A stretch of DNA of 63,004 bases, the filler included, from Planctomycetota bacterium (GTDB lineage: Bacteria > Planctomycetota > Planctomycetia > JALXBF01), in the NCBI GenBank assembly GCA_026991575.1. It is 2 parts of 2 records of this genome, joined end to end, with 100 filler letters (N's around TTAATTAATTAA, not from the genome) between each part and the next. Parts side by side here need not be neighbours in the genome. Positions count along the whole stretch, not along the records: positions 31,641 to 63,004 come from JALXBF010000002.1; 1 more part is not named here. One strand, written 5' to 3'. The notes below the pieces were generated by a model. It had not been told where the DNA came from and searched no databases. It saw only the letters and a program-made list of their open reading frames with translations. How positions within the stretch are numbered: position 1 is the first letter of the stretch; the number at the start of each line of letters is the position of its first letter. Positions 39,827 to 49,161 of the stretch are shown here, piece by piece. The translations under genes and the position numbers were made by a program.

Positions 39827-41269
39827 CTAGCTGGCAACCCCGTCACAGCCAGGCTCTGGCGAGTGCCGCCACAGTGTGATCGCAGCATCCAGGTGCTCAT
39901 AATCCAGCGGCAAGACACGCCACGGCCACGATGCGGCTATACGCGCCACGGTCCTGAGTCGCTCCTGTGCCAGCTTGACCGGCTCCCCACGCCTGGCGTA
40001 GCTGGCCACGACGTCGGCACCACGCCGGCGTAACCACAGCAACACTGGCTGGTACGGCCACAGCAACGGCAACCAGCGACGCCACGTCTCGCAGAAGCGC
40101 GGATCCTTAAGCACCCACGGCTTCGGGAGGGAGCGCAGAAAGCGCTCTGCAGCCCCAGGGTCCCACCGCCCACTTCGCGCGGCTATGTTCAGCTGCCGCA
40201 GCTCTTCACCCTCCCTCCACGGGTCCGATGGCTCGGGCAGGTGCCATCCCAGCGCGTGGAGCATCGCGGCCACAACGCTGCTGCCCGTGTGACCGGCCGT
40301 GAGGAGCACGATGCATGGCAATTCCATCAGCGGCCACAGCGGCCGGGGCTCAGTCCCATACTCGACTTGCTCACGTGGCAAATAGGGCGCCACGCCGAGC
40401 TTGCGCTGAACGTAGGCCAACGACTCACCGCGGCCACGCTGCTCGCCGTACCCGGGGACGCGCAAGCGGTGGTGCACAACGATGCTGTCTGGTGTGTACG
40501 CGCAGCGTACCCCTGCCCGACGCAGCCTCACAGAGTGGTCCACGTGCTCTCCGACAATCTTGATCCTATCATCCCACGGCACACGGAGAAGCACGTCCTT
40601 CCGTGCCAGGAACCAGTTCAGGCCTACGTGCGTCTCCTGCCAACGAGTCCCCTGGCACGTGACTCGGTATCGTGGGTGCGGTGCGGAGATCCACAGTCTC
40701 CCGGCCTGTTCCCGCAGATAGCCGAGCCAACAGGTGACTCCGCGTTCACTACGACACGCCCCATACACAATCTCTGCGCCGCTCTCGCGCATGACGTCCC
40801 ACATGGCCGCGATGTCGGTCTCCTTCGTGACGACCATGTCGTCGTCCAATAGGCAGACGAGCTGCGTCTGGGCAGCTCGGACTGCCTCATTGCGACATCT
40901 GGACAACCCACAGTCGCGTGGCAACCACAGGATCCGGACGTTGGGCAGCCGCTCTAGGGCTGCGAGCTCGGGCGGAATGGGATCGGGGCGCTGACCGTAG
41001 GTCTGCTCGGCTACAACCACTTTGTCCTGCGGATACCACCACAGAATACTTTCGACGCACCGTTTGACCGCGACGTGTCGGATGTAGGTAACAACGAGCC
41101 AGGTGACTGGCGGTCGATCGGGCCCACCTTCGCACTGACGGACGCCCGGTAGCCGCATTGGTGCGCAGTGGCCGCCGAGCAAGCACCGCCAGACCGGCAC
41201 CGTCTGACCGTGCCGCGTCCTGCCTTGGGCCACCACGTCTCCACGGAACGCGCACTCAGCGTTCGACAA
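39827..41269 (-). CDS. Glycosyltransferase family 2 - sulfotransferase-like fusion
   Basis: GT2: VVTYIR, GLSRCRN, LLDDD, EHVD; sulfotransferase-like: GHTGSSVVAAML, WVLKDPR, LRR...VVASY; TTG start after GGAGG. Confidence 0.8.
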   Translation of the reverse strand: MSNAECAFRGDVVAQGRTRHGQTVPVWRCLLGGHCAPMRLPGVRQCEGGPDRPPVTWLVVTYIRHVAVKRCVESILWWYPQDKVVVAEQTYGQRPDPIPPELAALERLPNVRILWLPRDCGLSRCRNEAVRAAQTQLVCLLDDDMVVTKETDIAAMWDVMRESGAEIVYGACRSERGVTCWLGYLREQAGRLWISAPHPRYRVTCQGTRWQETHVGLNWFLARKDVLLRVPWDDRIKIVGEHVDHSVRLRRAGVRCAYTPDSIVVHHRLRVPGYGEQRGRGESLAYVQRKLGVAPYLPREQVEYGTEPRPLWPLMELPCIVLLTAGHTGSSVVAAMLHALGWHLPEPSDPWREGEELRQLNIAARSGRWDPGAAERFLRSLPKPWVLKDPRFCETWRRWLPLLWPYQPVLLWLRRRGADVVASYARRGEPVKLAQERLRTVARIAASWPWRVLPLDYEHLDAAITLWRHSPEPGCDGVAS

Positions 41270-42335
41270 GATAGACCTCCGCTCCTCCAGCGTCCAGCCA
41301 ACGCTCTTTGGGCCAGCGAACTCTTTGGTCCAGCCACGTCGTGGCGCTGGCAGCGTCTGCAGCAACGCCCGGCGGATCTGGGTAGTGGTCAGGCGCAGGA
41401 CACACGGGTCGGAGCACCACGGCGTGCCAGTACCAGTCGTTGGCTGCTACTTGGGACACCGGGTCGGTCACTTCGTAGGTGCCGCTACCTGTGTACTGCA
41501 CCGAGCCTGCTTCTGCACCCTGGGCAATCTGCTGAACTGCAGCCTGCAAGGCGTCCAGAACGCCTGAGCCGCTTACCCAGCCCCATAAGTACCACACCGT
41601 ATCCGGGGGGGCATCGTTCTGACTCTCCAGCCACACCTCATTGGTCATCTGGCACTCTGGCTCCCCTCCGCCACTGCCACCGCCGCCACCTCCCCCTCCG
41701 TAAGGGTCGTAGTACGGGTCGCCCGTTCCGCCACCTCCTCCGCCACCACCTCCGGTGTTCGTCTCCACGATGTCGTAAGCAGTTTCCTGCCACCCTTTGG
41801 TGCCGTGGAAGTTCAGTGTCAGCTCAATGGACGAGACCCCCAGGGACGCGATTGTCCGTCCTGCCCCAATCTGCATCACGCTGAGCGGTGCCCACCATTG
41901 GATGTACCCACTAAGCACAGCTGTACCCTGTTCGCCCGGACACGGCACCGTTCCTGTCGGCCACGTGCCATAGATGACGGACCGACGCCCCGTGCTGGCC
42001 ATGCTGCCTCGGTAGGCGGTGGGGCTGTGACACACATCCTGCGCAGCAGGGTCCAGGTAGCCGTCCCGATAGTTAGCCCACCAGTAGGAGAGTTCCCTGT
42101 CAGAGGGCGGAGACGTGTAGGTGTATTGAGCCTGGCCGGAGGAGGCAACCCAGCGTCCCCATCCAATCGATATCTCTGGCGGCACATTACGACCACGCGG
42201 CCTCGGGGGGTGGATTTCCGTGAAGACCGCTTCGTACCACCACTCTGAGCGTTCGGCGGCGCGACGAAGCTCCCGGTGCACGCGCCGCGCCAGACGCTCT
42301 AATCGACGGATGCGCCTCTCGTGTCGCACACTCAT
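41256..42335 (-). CDS. Putative tail tip/fibre protein with poly-Gly linker
   Basis: Position after hub protein; N-terminal coiled coil; G9-TGDPYYDPY-G8. Confidence 0.55.
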   Translation of the reverse strand: MSVRHERRIRRLERLARRVHRELRRAAERSEWWYEAVFTEIHPPRPRGRNVPPEISIGWGRWVASSGQAQYTYTSPPSDRELSYWWANYRDGYLDPAAQDVCHSPTAYRGSMASTGRRSVIYGTWPTGTVPCPGEQGTAVLSGYIQWWAPLSVMQIGAGRTIASLGVSSIELTLNFHGTKGWQETAYDIVETNTGGGGGGGGGTGDPYYDPYGGGGGGGGSGGGEPECQMTNEVWLESQNDAPPDTVWYLWGWVSGSGVLDALQAAVQQIAQGAEAGSVQYTGSGTYEVTDPVSQVAANDWYWHAVVLRPVCPAPDHYPDPPGVAADAASATTWLDQRVRWPKERWLDAGGAEVYLVER

Positions 42336-42481
42336 CTGCCGGGGCGCCAGTAGACCTGCGTCGCCTGCGCCTCCACAGCTTGCTCTTGCTTCTCGCGGAT
42401 CCGCCGCATGAGGCGAATGAGTTCCAGGTACAACCGTTCGAGCCGCCGAATGCGACGTTCATGGTCGCGCTTGTCTGCCAT
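42332..42481 (-). CDS. 49-aa coiled-coil protein (absent from the ORF track)
   Basis: MADKRDHERRIRRLERLYLELIRLMRRIREKQEQAVEAQATQVYWRPGR; GGAGG RBS; ATGA overlap with next gene. Confidence 0.75.
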   Translation of the reverse strand: MADKRDHERRIRRLERLYLELIRLMRRIREKQEQAVEAQATQVYWRPGR

Positions 42482-44864
42482 CACGCACCTCCGACATCTC
42501 AACCATCAAGCGGTTCACCGCTTCAGTCGGCGGACCGCCTGGCTCACGGATGGTAGCGAGGTCCATCAACAGTCGGTTCACCGACTCCACACTCGGACCA
42601 AAGAGCCGCACACCGGTGCGCATCACGGTGTGCTCGCGGATACTGAGGACACGCACCCAGGACAGTGTGCGCAGCCATGCCATCCAGTCGCCCAAGCCAT
42701 TCCAGGCGCGCGTGTCCGTAGATGCGTGGATCGTGGTGGCCTCCAGGGGGCCATCACCCCATTCGTACTCCACAGCCTGAACCGGTACCGCTGCGGTCTC
42801 CAGCCCCGTTGTCTTTCCGGGAGCTGCTATGTTGAGCAGTGCTGGACCGGAGAACCAGTACCAAGTGGCCATCGGCAAGGAAATCTGCCGGTGGAGATCC
42901 CACCTGCTCTTGGCCATCAGCTCGGCTGCATCGTCCATCACAGGCTTGAGCGTCCGCCCGACGTAGTCCTCGACGAACACCTGGTAGACACGACGCACAC
43001 CATGTTGGGCACCGCTTCCGCCGTACACCTGGAAGTCGGCGACCTTCGACAGACTATGCCCCGGCGAAAACGTCACGGTGTCTGACGAGTTGCCTGTGAC
43101 GGTTGCCTGATGAAGGTTGCCGTCGTCGTCCCAGAGATCGATCGGAGCCCCAGTCCACTCGCCAGGAGTCCACCCGGCGTCGTAGATGGTCACGGAGCTG
43201 CCACTATAGGCGTCTGGCGGCCCCCCCGGTGGGTAGGCGGACACCATCGGCACACCGTAGGCCGGCGCAACCAAGATAACGTCGTCTGGTTCTTGGGCCG
43301 CGCCGCGCGTTATCAGCGACAAATCGTCGGAACTGAGTCCTACCACCGGGTACGCCGCGTAGACACTTCCGTCTTGCGAGTCGATGTAGGCTGGCACCGG
43401 GAAGTAGCCATGCAATCCGTTGGGATTCCGGTGGGCAACGATTAGGACTGGACGTCTGGTCCTGCCGTACAGCAGGGCCCCGATGCCGGCGCCAGCTGGT
43501 AACTCCAGGGGTTCTTCCGCCAGGTTTGCCAGGCGTCGGTTCTTCGGATCAGCCGGCACAAAGCGGCGCCACACGTATTGCATTGGGCTCCGCCCACCAG
43601 GCCACACCTCGTAGCGGTCGACCTGGGCTAGCCCATGGGGCCAGGCCCACGAAATCGTGTTGGCTGAGTTGCCCGCGACCCGGCGGACAACCGCCGTAGG
43701 ACCGTTCTGCTCGTCGATCAGACGTACCACTCCGTCCTTCCATTGGTCTGTAACCCAGTTCTTGTTGTTGTCACTCAAGCTCGTCTGGCTGACCGACGTC
43801 GGCTTGCCCGAGTCGCCATAACGGCCGTCTCTGACCCAGTATCGGTCCACCCTAGCCAGCGAATGGGACGGCGAGAACCAGATGGTGTCCGTTGTGTTGC
43901 TGCTCACGCTGCGCGTCTGTGTTCGGTTATTCGTGTCGTCATATAAGACGATCGAGCCTCCCGCCCACTGGCCCGTATTCCATTGCTTGGAAGTATCGGT
44001 GATGCTGCTACCGGAGTAGCTGGTCGGCACGCCGCGATCGTCCAGCCCGGCGGCGTAGCTAGCGTCCCAGGTCCATGCGGCCTCCAATGCTTCGTCCCAG
44101 CCTTTCAGTAGCGTGCCGTCCGAGAGGCGCAACATGACCGTTTCCTGTTTCGGCCGTCCCACCACGCGAGCAGCAGTCCACACGCCCTCTGTCGTTTCGC
44201 GGACGATGTCTTCAAGGACCGCATCCTGCGCCAGCGTGATGGTCAAACCCCCGCTCATTTGATCCACACGGGCAAATTGCCAGCCCCCCATGGGGTCGTA
44301 CCACCAGAAGACCCCGTCTTGGTCAGAGACCAAGTCTTCGATCGCAGCCACCAGGTCGGTTTCCTGGAAGACGACATTGAGCGGCACCCAGTTCAGTGCG
44401 CCGGTGCCACTCGCTGCACTGGACAGCCCAAGCCGTTGGAGCTCTCCCTGGTGGCTCTCCAGTAACTTGTCAATGATCTGGCCCGCGGTCAGGTTTGCCC
44501 AGGACGGGTCGTAGTCGTCGTCCCGTTCCGGCACGTTGCACACGATAAGCGGGATTCGCCGCTCCGGGTGCACCACGGTAATGTCCCGGGCTCGCGCCAG
44601 CGGGCCAGTGGCTACGTATTCGATCCGCTCCTCTCCAGGCGACCCGACCAAATCACGCCCGGTGATCCAGCCAAGAAAGATGAGGGTACCGCCCCGATAG
44701 AGCTCTACCTTCGCACTGTGGTCGATCGTGGGATCAAAGTGAGTTCGGGCCTGCGTGAACCGTAGCTCGCGCGGGTCGCCGCGGAACGATACCCTCAGCG
44801 AGCGCAGCTCAATGCGCTGCTCGGCCATGTTGATAGATGCGCCATCGATCCGGAGATCGTACAT
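42459..44864 (-). CDS. Tail hub/host-specificity protein with three ~70-aa beta repeats
   Basis: Follows tape measure; LIFLGWI hub-like N-terminus; repeated W-x3-W-x-G...N-S/T-x2-T pattern. Confidence 0.65.
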   Translation of the reverse strand: MYDLRIDGASINMAEQRIELRSLRVSFRGDPRELRFTQARTHFDPTIDHSAKVELYRGGTLIFLGWITGRDLVGSPGEERIEYVATGPLARARDITVVHPERRIPLIVCNVPERDDDYDPSWANLTAGQIIDKLLESHQGELQRLGLSSAASGTGALNWVPLNVVFQETDLVAAIEDLVSDQDGVFWWYDPMGGWQFARVDQMSGGLTITLAQDAVLEDIVRETTEGVWTAARVVGRPKQETVMLRLSDGTLLKGWDEALEAAWTWDASYAAGLDDRGVPTSYSGSSITDTSKQWNTGQWAGGSIVLYDDTNNRTQTRSVSSNTTDTIWFSPSHSLARVDRYWVRDGRYGDSGKPTSVSQTSLSDNNKNWVTDQWKDGVVRLIDEQNGPTAVVRRVAGNSANTISWAWPHGLAQVDRYEVWPGGRSPMQYVWRRFVPADPKNRRLANLAEEPLELPAGAGIGALLYGRTRRPVLIVAHRNPNGLHGYFPVPAYIDSQDGSVYAAYPVVGLSSDDLSLITRGAAQEPDDVILVAPAYGVPMVSAYPPGGPPDAYSGSSVTIYDAGWTPGEWTGAPIDLWDDDGNLHQATVTGNSSDTVTFSPGHSLSKVADFQVYGGSGAQHGVRRVYQVFVEDYVGRTLKPVMDDAAELMAKSRWDLHRQISLPMATWYWFSGPALLNIAAPGKTTGLETAAVPVQAVEYEWGDGPLEATTIHASTDTRAWNGLGDWMAWLRTLSWVRVLSIREHTVMRTGVRLFGPSVESVNRLLMDLATIREPGGPPTEAVNRLMVEMSEVRDGRQARP

Positions 44865-44865
44865 C

Positions 44866-46947
44866 TCACCTCATCCGTCCACGTCGGGGAGCCGGGATCT
44901 CCGGCAAAGCCAGTGATCCGATCCGTCGGGCCAGGTCGAACGCTAGCTGAGACAGGTTGGTCAGAGTACGGGCTTGGCGTTCTAGGTGCGCAAGCAACGT
45001 GCGGTTCGTTTGCCGCTGTTGCTGTTCGAGCTGCTGGGCCGCGTCCGCCGCTCGCTGGGCGGCCTGGGGAACCTGTGCCATGGCGTCAACACCGGCGCCC
45101 ACCGGCATGCGCCCCTGGAGCACGTCGGCGCGTAGCCCACGCATCCGCTGCCGGAAGGCGGATACCCGGCGGCAGATTGCTCGGCGCTCTTCCAGCGTCA
45201 GACCAGCCAGCTGGGCCGGGTCGATGCGTCCGGTCTGGACCAGCTCCCGTAGTCGCAGCGGATCGAGCTCGATCCCCCGCTCGCGTCCGAACTCGACGAT
45301 CTCGCGGATCAATGCTTCCTCTGCCTGTCCGCGTGCCTGGAGCATGCGGTTCTCGAGCTCGATGCCGAGTTCTTCACGGGCTCTCGCGAGCGCCTCACGC
45401 GGAGACAGGCCCCCGAGCCGGCGCAGCCGGGCAGCCCGGCGACGCACGAGTTGCTGGAACGTGAGGCCGGCGCCGGCGAGCCCGGCTGGTTGTTCCGCTG
45501 CAGCAGGTGGCGCGGCAGGTCGACCTACGCCGGGGGGTACCGCAGGAGGTCTGCCGCGCCCGGCCGGAGCGACCGGTCGTGCCGCGGCCGCTTCATCGCG
45601 GAGCACCTGCTGGAGACGCGCCTGGGCTTCCTGCACCTCTGCAAGCTTCTCTGCACTATCGCGCAGGCGGCGCATCGCTTCATCCGCGTCGACTCCCGAT
45701 TTCGTGAGCTGCGCACGGATCACATGCTCCGCTTCCTCAAGTGCCTGCCCACCCTTGCGCAAGGCGCGCGCGTAGTAGGCGGCCCAGCGGTTGACCTCCT
45801 GCTGTAGTCTCTGTTCTCGTTCCTTTTGCTGCCGCTCTTGTTCCTGTCGTTTCCGTTCCTCTTGCCACCTGCGCGTTTCTTCGGCCAGCTTGCGGATACG
45901 CGCCTGGTTCGCGATCCGTTCCGCTTCCAGGCCGCGCTCGATCAGTTGCTCCTCCTCAGCACGCAGTTGCCGGAGCCGATCTTCCAGCTGTCTGGTATGT
46001 TCGGTTCCCTCACGCAGCCGCCTGAGCTCGTCTTCTACACGGCCCAGCTCGCGAGCTACGCCGGGACCGGCTTCGGGAGCCAACCGGAGCGTACGTCGCA
46101 GTACTTCTCTCCTCCGTTCCAACTCCTCGATGCGGGCCTCTCGTTCCTCTGCTGTCGCGGGCAGGCCAAACTCTTCTAGTTTCGCCCGCAACTCACGCTC
46201 GAGCACTGCGCGCTCTGCTTCGATCGCACGCAGACGCTCGCGGATCGATCGTCGGATGGATTCCACTCGTTCTGGTTCGGTGTGCAATGCCTCCAGCTCT
46301 TCAGCCTGGCGTAGTTCCTCGACGGCCTTGCGCGTTTCTTCCTTGATGGTCTTACCGAGCCGCTTCCACATCTGCTCGACGCTTTCCGTTTCCCCCTTTA
46401 GCTTCTGCAGTGCCGACACCAGCATGGGTACCATGGTGATCGCGACGGCACTGATGGCACCCGTCAGAGGCCCCCCGAGAGTCATGGCCAGCATCGCGAA
46501 GTTGTTCGCGCTGGCACGTAGCGCCGCGTTCAGGCCCATGCCGGGCTGACTAAGGACCGCCACGAAGTCCTGGATCGCGAAAGACAGCTGCCCGAACACC
46601 GCCTGATTGCGCATCAGAGCCTGCGCTAGCTTTCCACCCTCTCGCGTGGCGAGCTGTGATACCTGCTGGAAGGTCTCACCGGCTTCCTGCAGCCTCAGTC
46701 GCATGCCGATGATGTTGCGGGCCGCCTCGGGAGGGATGTCGAGTCGGAGGTTGCGCGCGTCCTGAATGAGCTTGACGAGGGCAGCGTCCGCTTCTTCGAT
46801 CTCCTTCTCGAATCGCTGGTCCATCGTCAGACCGGCGGCAGCGGCGCGGTTAGCCAGCTCCTCCACACGCTGGGAAGCGCGCTGGAGGTCCCGCTCCCAC
46901 TGCTCGGTCTTCGCGCGCAGTTCGATCTCGAGGCGGCGCTCTGCCAT
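44866..46947 (-). CDS. Tape measure protein
   Basis: LEIELRAKT N-terminus, GQLSFAIQDF, hydrophobic segment, long coiled coil; follows tail tube. Confidence 0.85.
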   Translation of the reverse strand: MAERRLEIELRAKTEQWERDLQRASQRVEELANRAAAAGLTMDQRFEKEIEEADAALVKLIQDARNLRLDIPPEAARNIIGMRLRLQEAGETFQQVSQLATREGGKLAQALMRNQAVFGQLSFAIQDFVAVLSQPGMGLNAALRASANNFAMLAMTLGGPLTGAISAVAITMVPMLVSALQKLKGETESVEQMWKRLGKTIKEETRKAVEELRQAEELEALHTEPERVESIRRSIRERLRAIEAERAVLERELRAKLEEFGLPATAEEREARIEELERRREVLRRTLRLAPEAGPGVARELGRVEDELRRLREGTEHTRQLEDRLRQLRAEEEQLIERGLEAERIANQARIRKLAEETRRWQEERKRQEQERQQKEREQRLQQEVNRWAAYYARALRKGGQALEEAEHVIRAQLTKSGVDADEAMRRLRDSAEKLAEVQEAQARLQQVLRDEAAAARPVAPAGRGRPPAVPPGVGRPAAPPAAAEQPAGLAGAGLTFQQLVRRRAARLRRLGGLSPREALARAREELGIELENRMLQARGQAEEALIREIVEFGRERGIELDPLRLRELVQTGRIDPAQLAGLTLEERRAICRRVSAFRQRMRGLRADVLQGRMPVGAGVDAMAQVPQAAQRAADAAQQLEQQQRQTNRTLLAHLERQARTLTNLSQLAFDLARRIGSLALPEIPAPRRGRMR

Positions 46948-46955
46948 CAGGTCCC

Positions 46956-47825
46956 CTAGGTCACGACCAGGTCGTCGCCGGTGCTGTCCGGGTCGAGCTG
47001 GGCCAGGAAGGTCACGTCAGCGGTGAGCACGCCCGCCAGCGGCCGACGTACCTGGAAGTTCTGCACGTCGCAGCGGGCTTTCATGTCGAGTGAGAGGGTA
47101 TTCGCACCGCGGGCGAAGTCCAGCTTCAGCGACGCCAGCCCCCCAGACTCGAACTTGTCCAATAGGCCCGTGTCCTCGAACACCAGCGTTAAATCGCAAG
47201 TCACCTGGCGGGCCGTCCACATCAGCCACTGCAGGTCCGGCCCGACACCAATGCCTTCGTCCAGCGTATTCGCCACCCGTAGGTTGAAGGAACGCACCCG
47301 TGCGTTCGCAGAGCCCTCCACCGTGTAGGTCCCCTCCAGAAAGAGGTACGGGTCCTCTTCGGTGTAAGTCCCCTCCGACCAATCCGTCGTGGTGCTGAGC
47401 TGCTTGCCAACGAGCTCAAGCTCCAGCTCCAAGGGCTGGTTCTCGGCAGCGGCCGCGAGCGTTAGATTGCTCACCTTCAGTCCATTCAGCTCGACCGCGC
47501 GGACGCCGTCGCGGAACCGGGCCGAATAGCTATCCAGGTCGTAGTTTGTGAGCTTAGTGCCCCAATCGATCAACTCTTTGGCCGTACCCGGAAAGGCCCA
47601 CGTTCGTAGCGTGGCCTGAGCACGTTTCACACCGAGTACCGTCCGCCATGGTCGGCCATGGCCGATATTCGTCATCAGCAGTGTTCGGTTCGGTGTGTAG
47701 GAGTAAGCAAACCAGTCATCACCACGTCCGATGATGGTCTTCGGCGTGGTCCACCCCGGTGACGTGCCCCACGTTGTTTCCTTGGCAAGCTCCAGCCAGC
47801 TCTGGTGTCCCGCGACAATCGGCAT
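46956..47825 (-). CDS. Major tail tube protein
   Basis: AKETTWGT N-terminal motif; beta-rich 289 aa; position. Confidence 0.8.
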   Translation of the reverse strand: MPIVAGHQSWLELAKETTWGTSPGWTTPKTIIGRGDDWFAYSYTPNRTLLMTNIGHGRPWRTVLGVKRAQATLRTWAFPGTAKELIDWGTKLTNYDLDSYSARFRDGVRAVELNGLKVSNLTLAAAAENQPLELELELVGKQLSTTTDWSEGTYTEEDPYLFLEGTYTVEGSANARVRSFNLRVANTLDEGIGVGPDLQWLMWTARQVTCDLTLVFEDTGLLDKFESGGLASLKLDFARGANTLSLDMKARCDVQNFQVRRPLAGVLTADVTFLAQLDPDSTGDDLVVT

Positions 47826-47827
47826 GG

Positions 47828-48301
47828 CTAGGTCTCCGGTATGCTGATGACCACGTCCAGCAGAACGCTACCGACCAGGTAGCGCTCGGCAGGGCGCCCC
47901 CGCAGCTCCGGCGCCGGGCCACGTCGCACGGCCCACTCCCGCGCGCCGGCGCTCTGCAGCGTCTGGTAGTTGGATCGCTTCAGGAACACGGCCCGGACCA
48001 CATGCATCAGCCCGAGCAGATCAGCCACGTGCCAGCCCGGCGAATAGACGTCGATACGGATTGACAGCGTCTCGCCATACTCGCGCTGCGATAGCCATTC
48101 GCTCGGAGCGTCCTCTAGCGCCACCCGGTACGCCGGCAGCTGGGCCTCCGGGATCGGGTCTTCCGGCTCGTCGTACTCGCCTTCCCACGCGTAGGCGCGC
48201 TTGAAGGCGGTCGACACCTGGGCATCGTTCTTCAGCAGGTCGAGCACTGCCTTCAGCAGCGTCCACTCCGGCGAGCTCAGGTTGTTACGGCGTTGTGCCA
48301 C
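47828..48301 (-). CDS. Putative tail terminator protein
   Basis: Position before tail tube; LPAYRV...IRIDVYS pattern. Confidence 0.6.
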   Translation of the reverse strand: MAQRRNNLSSPEWTLLKAVLDLLKNDAQVSTAFKRAYAWEGEYDEPEDPIPEAQLPAYRVALEDAPSEWLSQREYGETLSIRIDVYSPGWHVADLLGLMHVVRAVFLKRSNYQTLQSAGAREWAVRRGPAPELRGRPAERYLVGSVLLDVVISIPET

Positions 48302-48959
48302 GGGCGAATCCCCGCACGCGCAGCTGAGCCTCTATCTGTCGCTGCGCGATCTCGATGACTTCGGCGATGTCCGACTCGTCGAGGCCGAAGAACTCACGCT
48401 TGGGTAGCCCCGGGTGTCTGACGCGGCGTGCAAAGATGCCCTGCGGCTCACCAGCCACCACGGGCACCGCACTCAGCCGCTTGCGGCCACGCGGACGACG
48501 CATCCGTCCACCCGCCACGATCGGGATCCGCAGCACAGTTGCCTGGCACTCGCCCCCGCCGGGGAGGATCGTGTAGGGTTGCGTCCCGCTGTTGTGATAG
48601 CTTGCGATCCTCTCGGCTCCCGGGTCGCTGAAGAACACACGACCGCTCTGTGCCGACCACGCGTACGTGAGTGCCTTGAGCATGCGGCCCGTGTCCTCCA
48701 GGATGTGGCCCGGGCCACGTACGCGCGCCGGCAGTCGCCTCTGGCCACACTTCGGCTTCGGCCGCGCGCTGCGGATCGTCGATTCCTTGAGCGGCGTGAA
48801 CGGACGACCGTTGACGTCCACCCCACGCTTGCGTGTGCGCTCCAGGATCCGGGTGCGCACTCGACGGGCCGCGTCCCGGTGGAACGTGGTCTTGTCCAGT
48901 ACCGCCAGCTGCCGGATTGTGCGGCTCAGACCCTGAGCCCCCCTGATCACTAGGGGCAT
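48285..48959 (-). CDS. Phage virion morphogenesis / tail completion protein
   Basis: GRPFTPLKEST, ILEDTGRM, YHNSG, LPKREFFGL. Confidence 0.8.
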   Translation of the reverse strand: MPLVIRGAQGLSRTIRQLAVLDKTTFHRDAARRVRTRILERTRKRGVDVNGRPFTPLKESTIRSARPKPKCGQRRLPARVRGPGHILEDTGRMLKALTYAWSAQSGRVFFSDPGAERIASYHNSGTQPYTILPGGGECQATVLRIPIVAGGRMRRPRGRKRLSAVPVVAGEPQGIFARRVRHPGLPKREFFGLDESDIAEVIEIAQRQIEAQLRVRGFARGTTP

Positions 48960-49159
48960 CACTTCTTCCTCCGCCGCCGGCGCAGCCGCATCAGTGTCAG
49001 GGCCAGCCGCGCCCGGGCGCCGACCTTGTCTTTCCGCTTGGCGGCCCGCCGGATCAGCGACACCGGGATCTTGCGCCCCTCGGGGATACCCAGATCCCGG
49101 TGCAGCTGACCGGGGCGTTTGATCGCCCGCTGAATCCACCGCGCGCGTCGCTTAGCCAC
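48959..49159 (-). CDS. Small highly basic phage protein
   Basis: WIQRAIKRPGQLHRDLGI...KIP...RARLALTL; coupled to neighbours. Confidence 0.75.
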   Translation of the reverse strand: MAKRRARWIQRAIKRPGQLHRDLGIPEGRKIPVSLIRRAAKRKDKVGARARLALTLMRLRRRRRKK

Positions 49160-49161
49160 GT

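Noticed and set aside
41256..44864. Diversity-generating retroelement or invertible tail cassette
   Set aside because: No reverse transcriptase, invertase or template/variable repeat pair seen.
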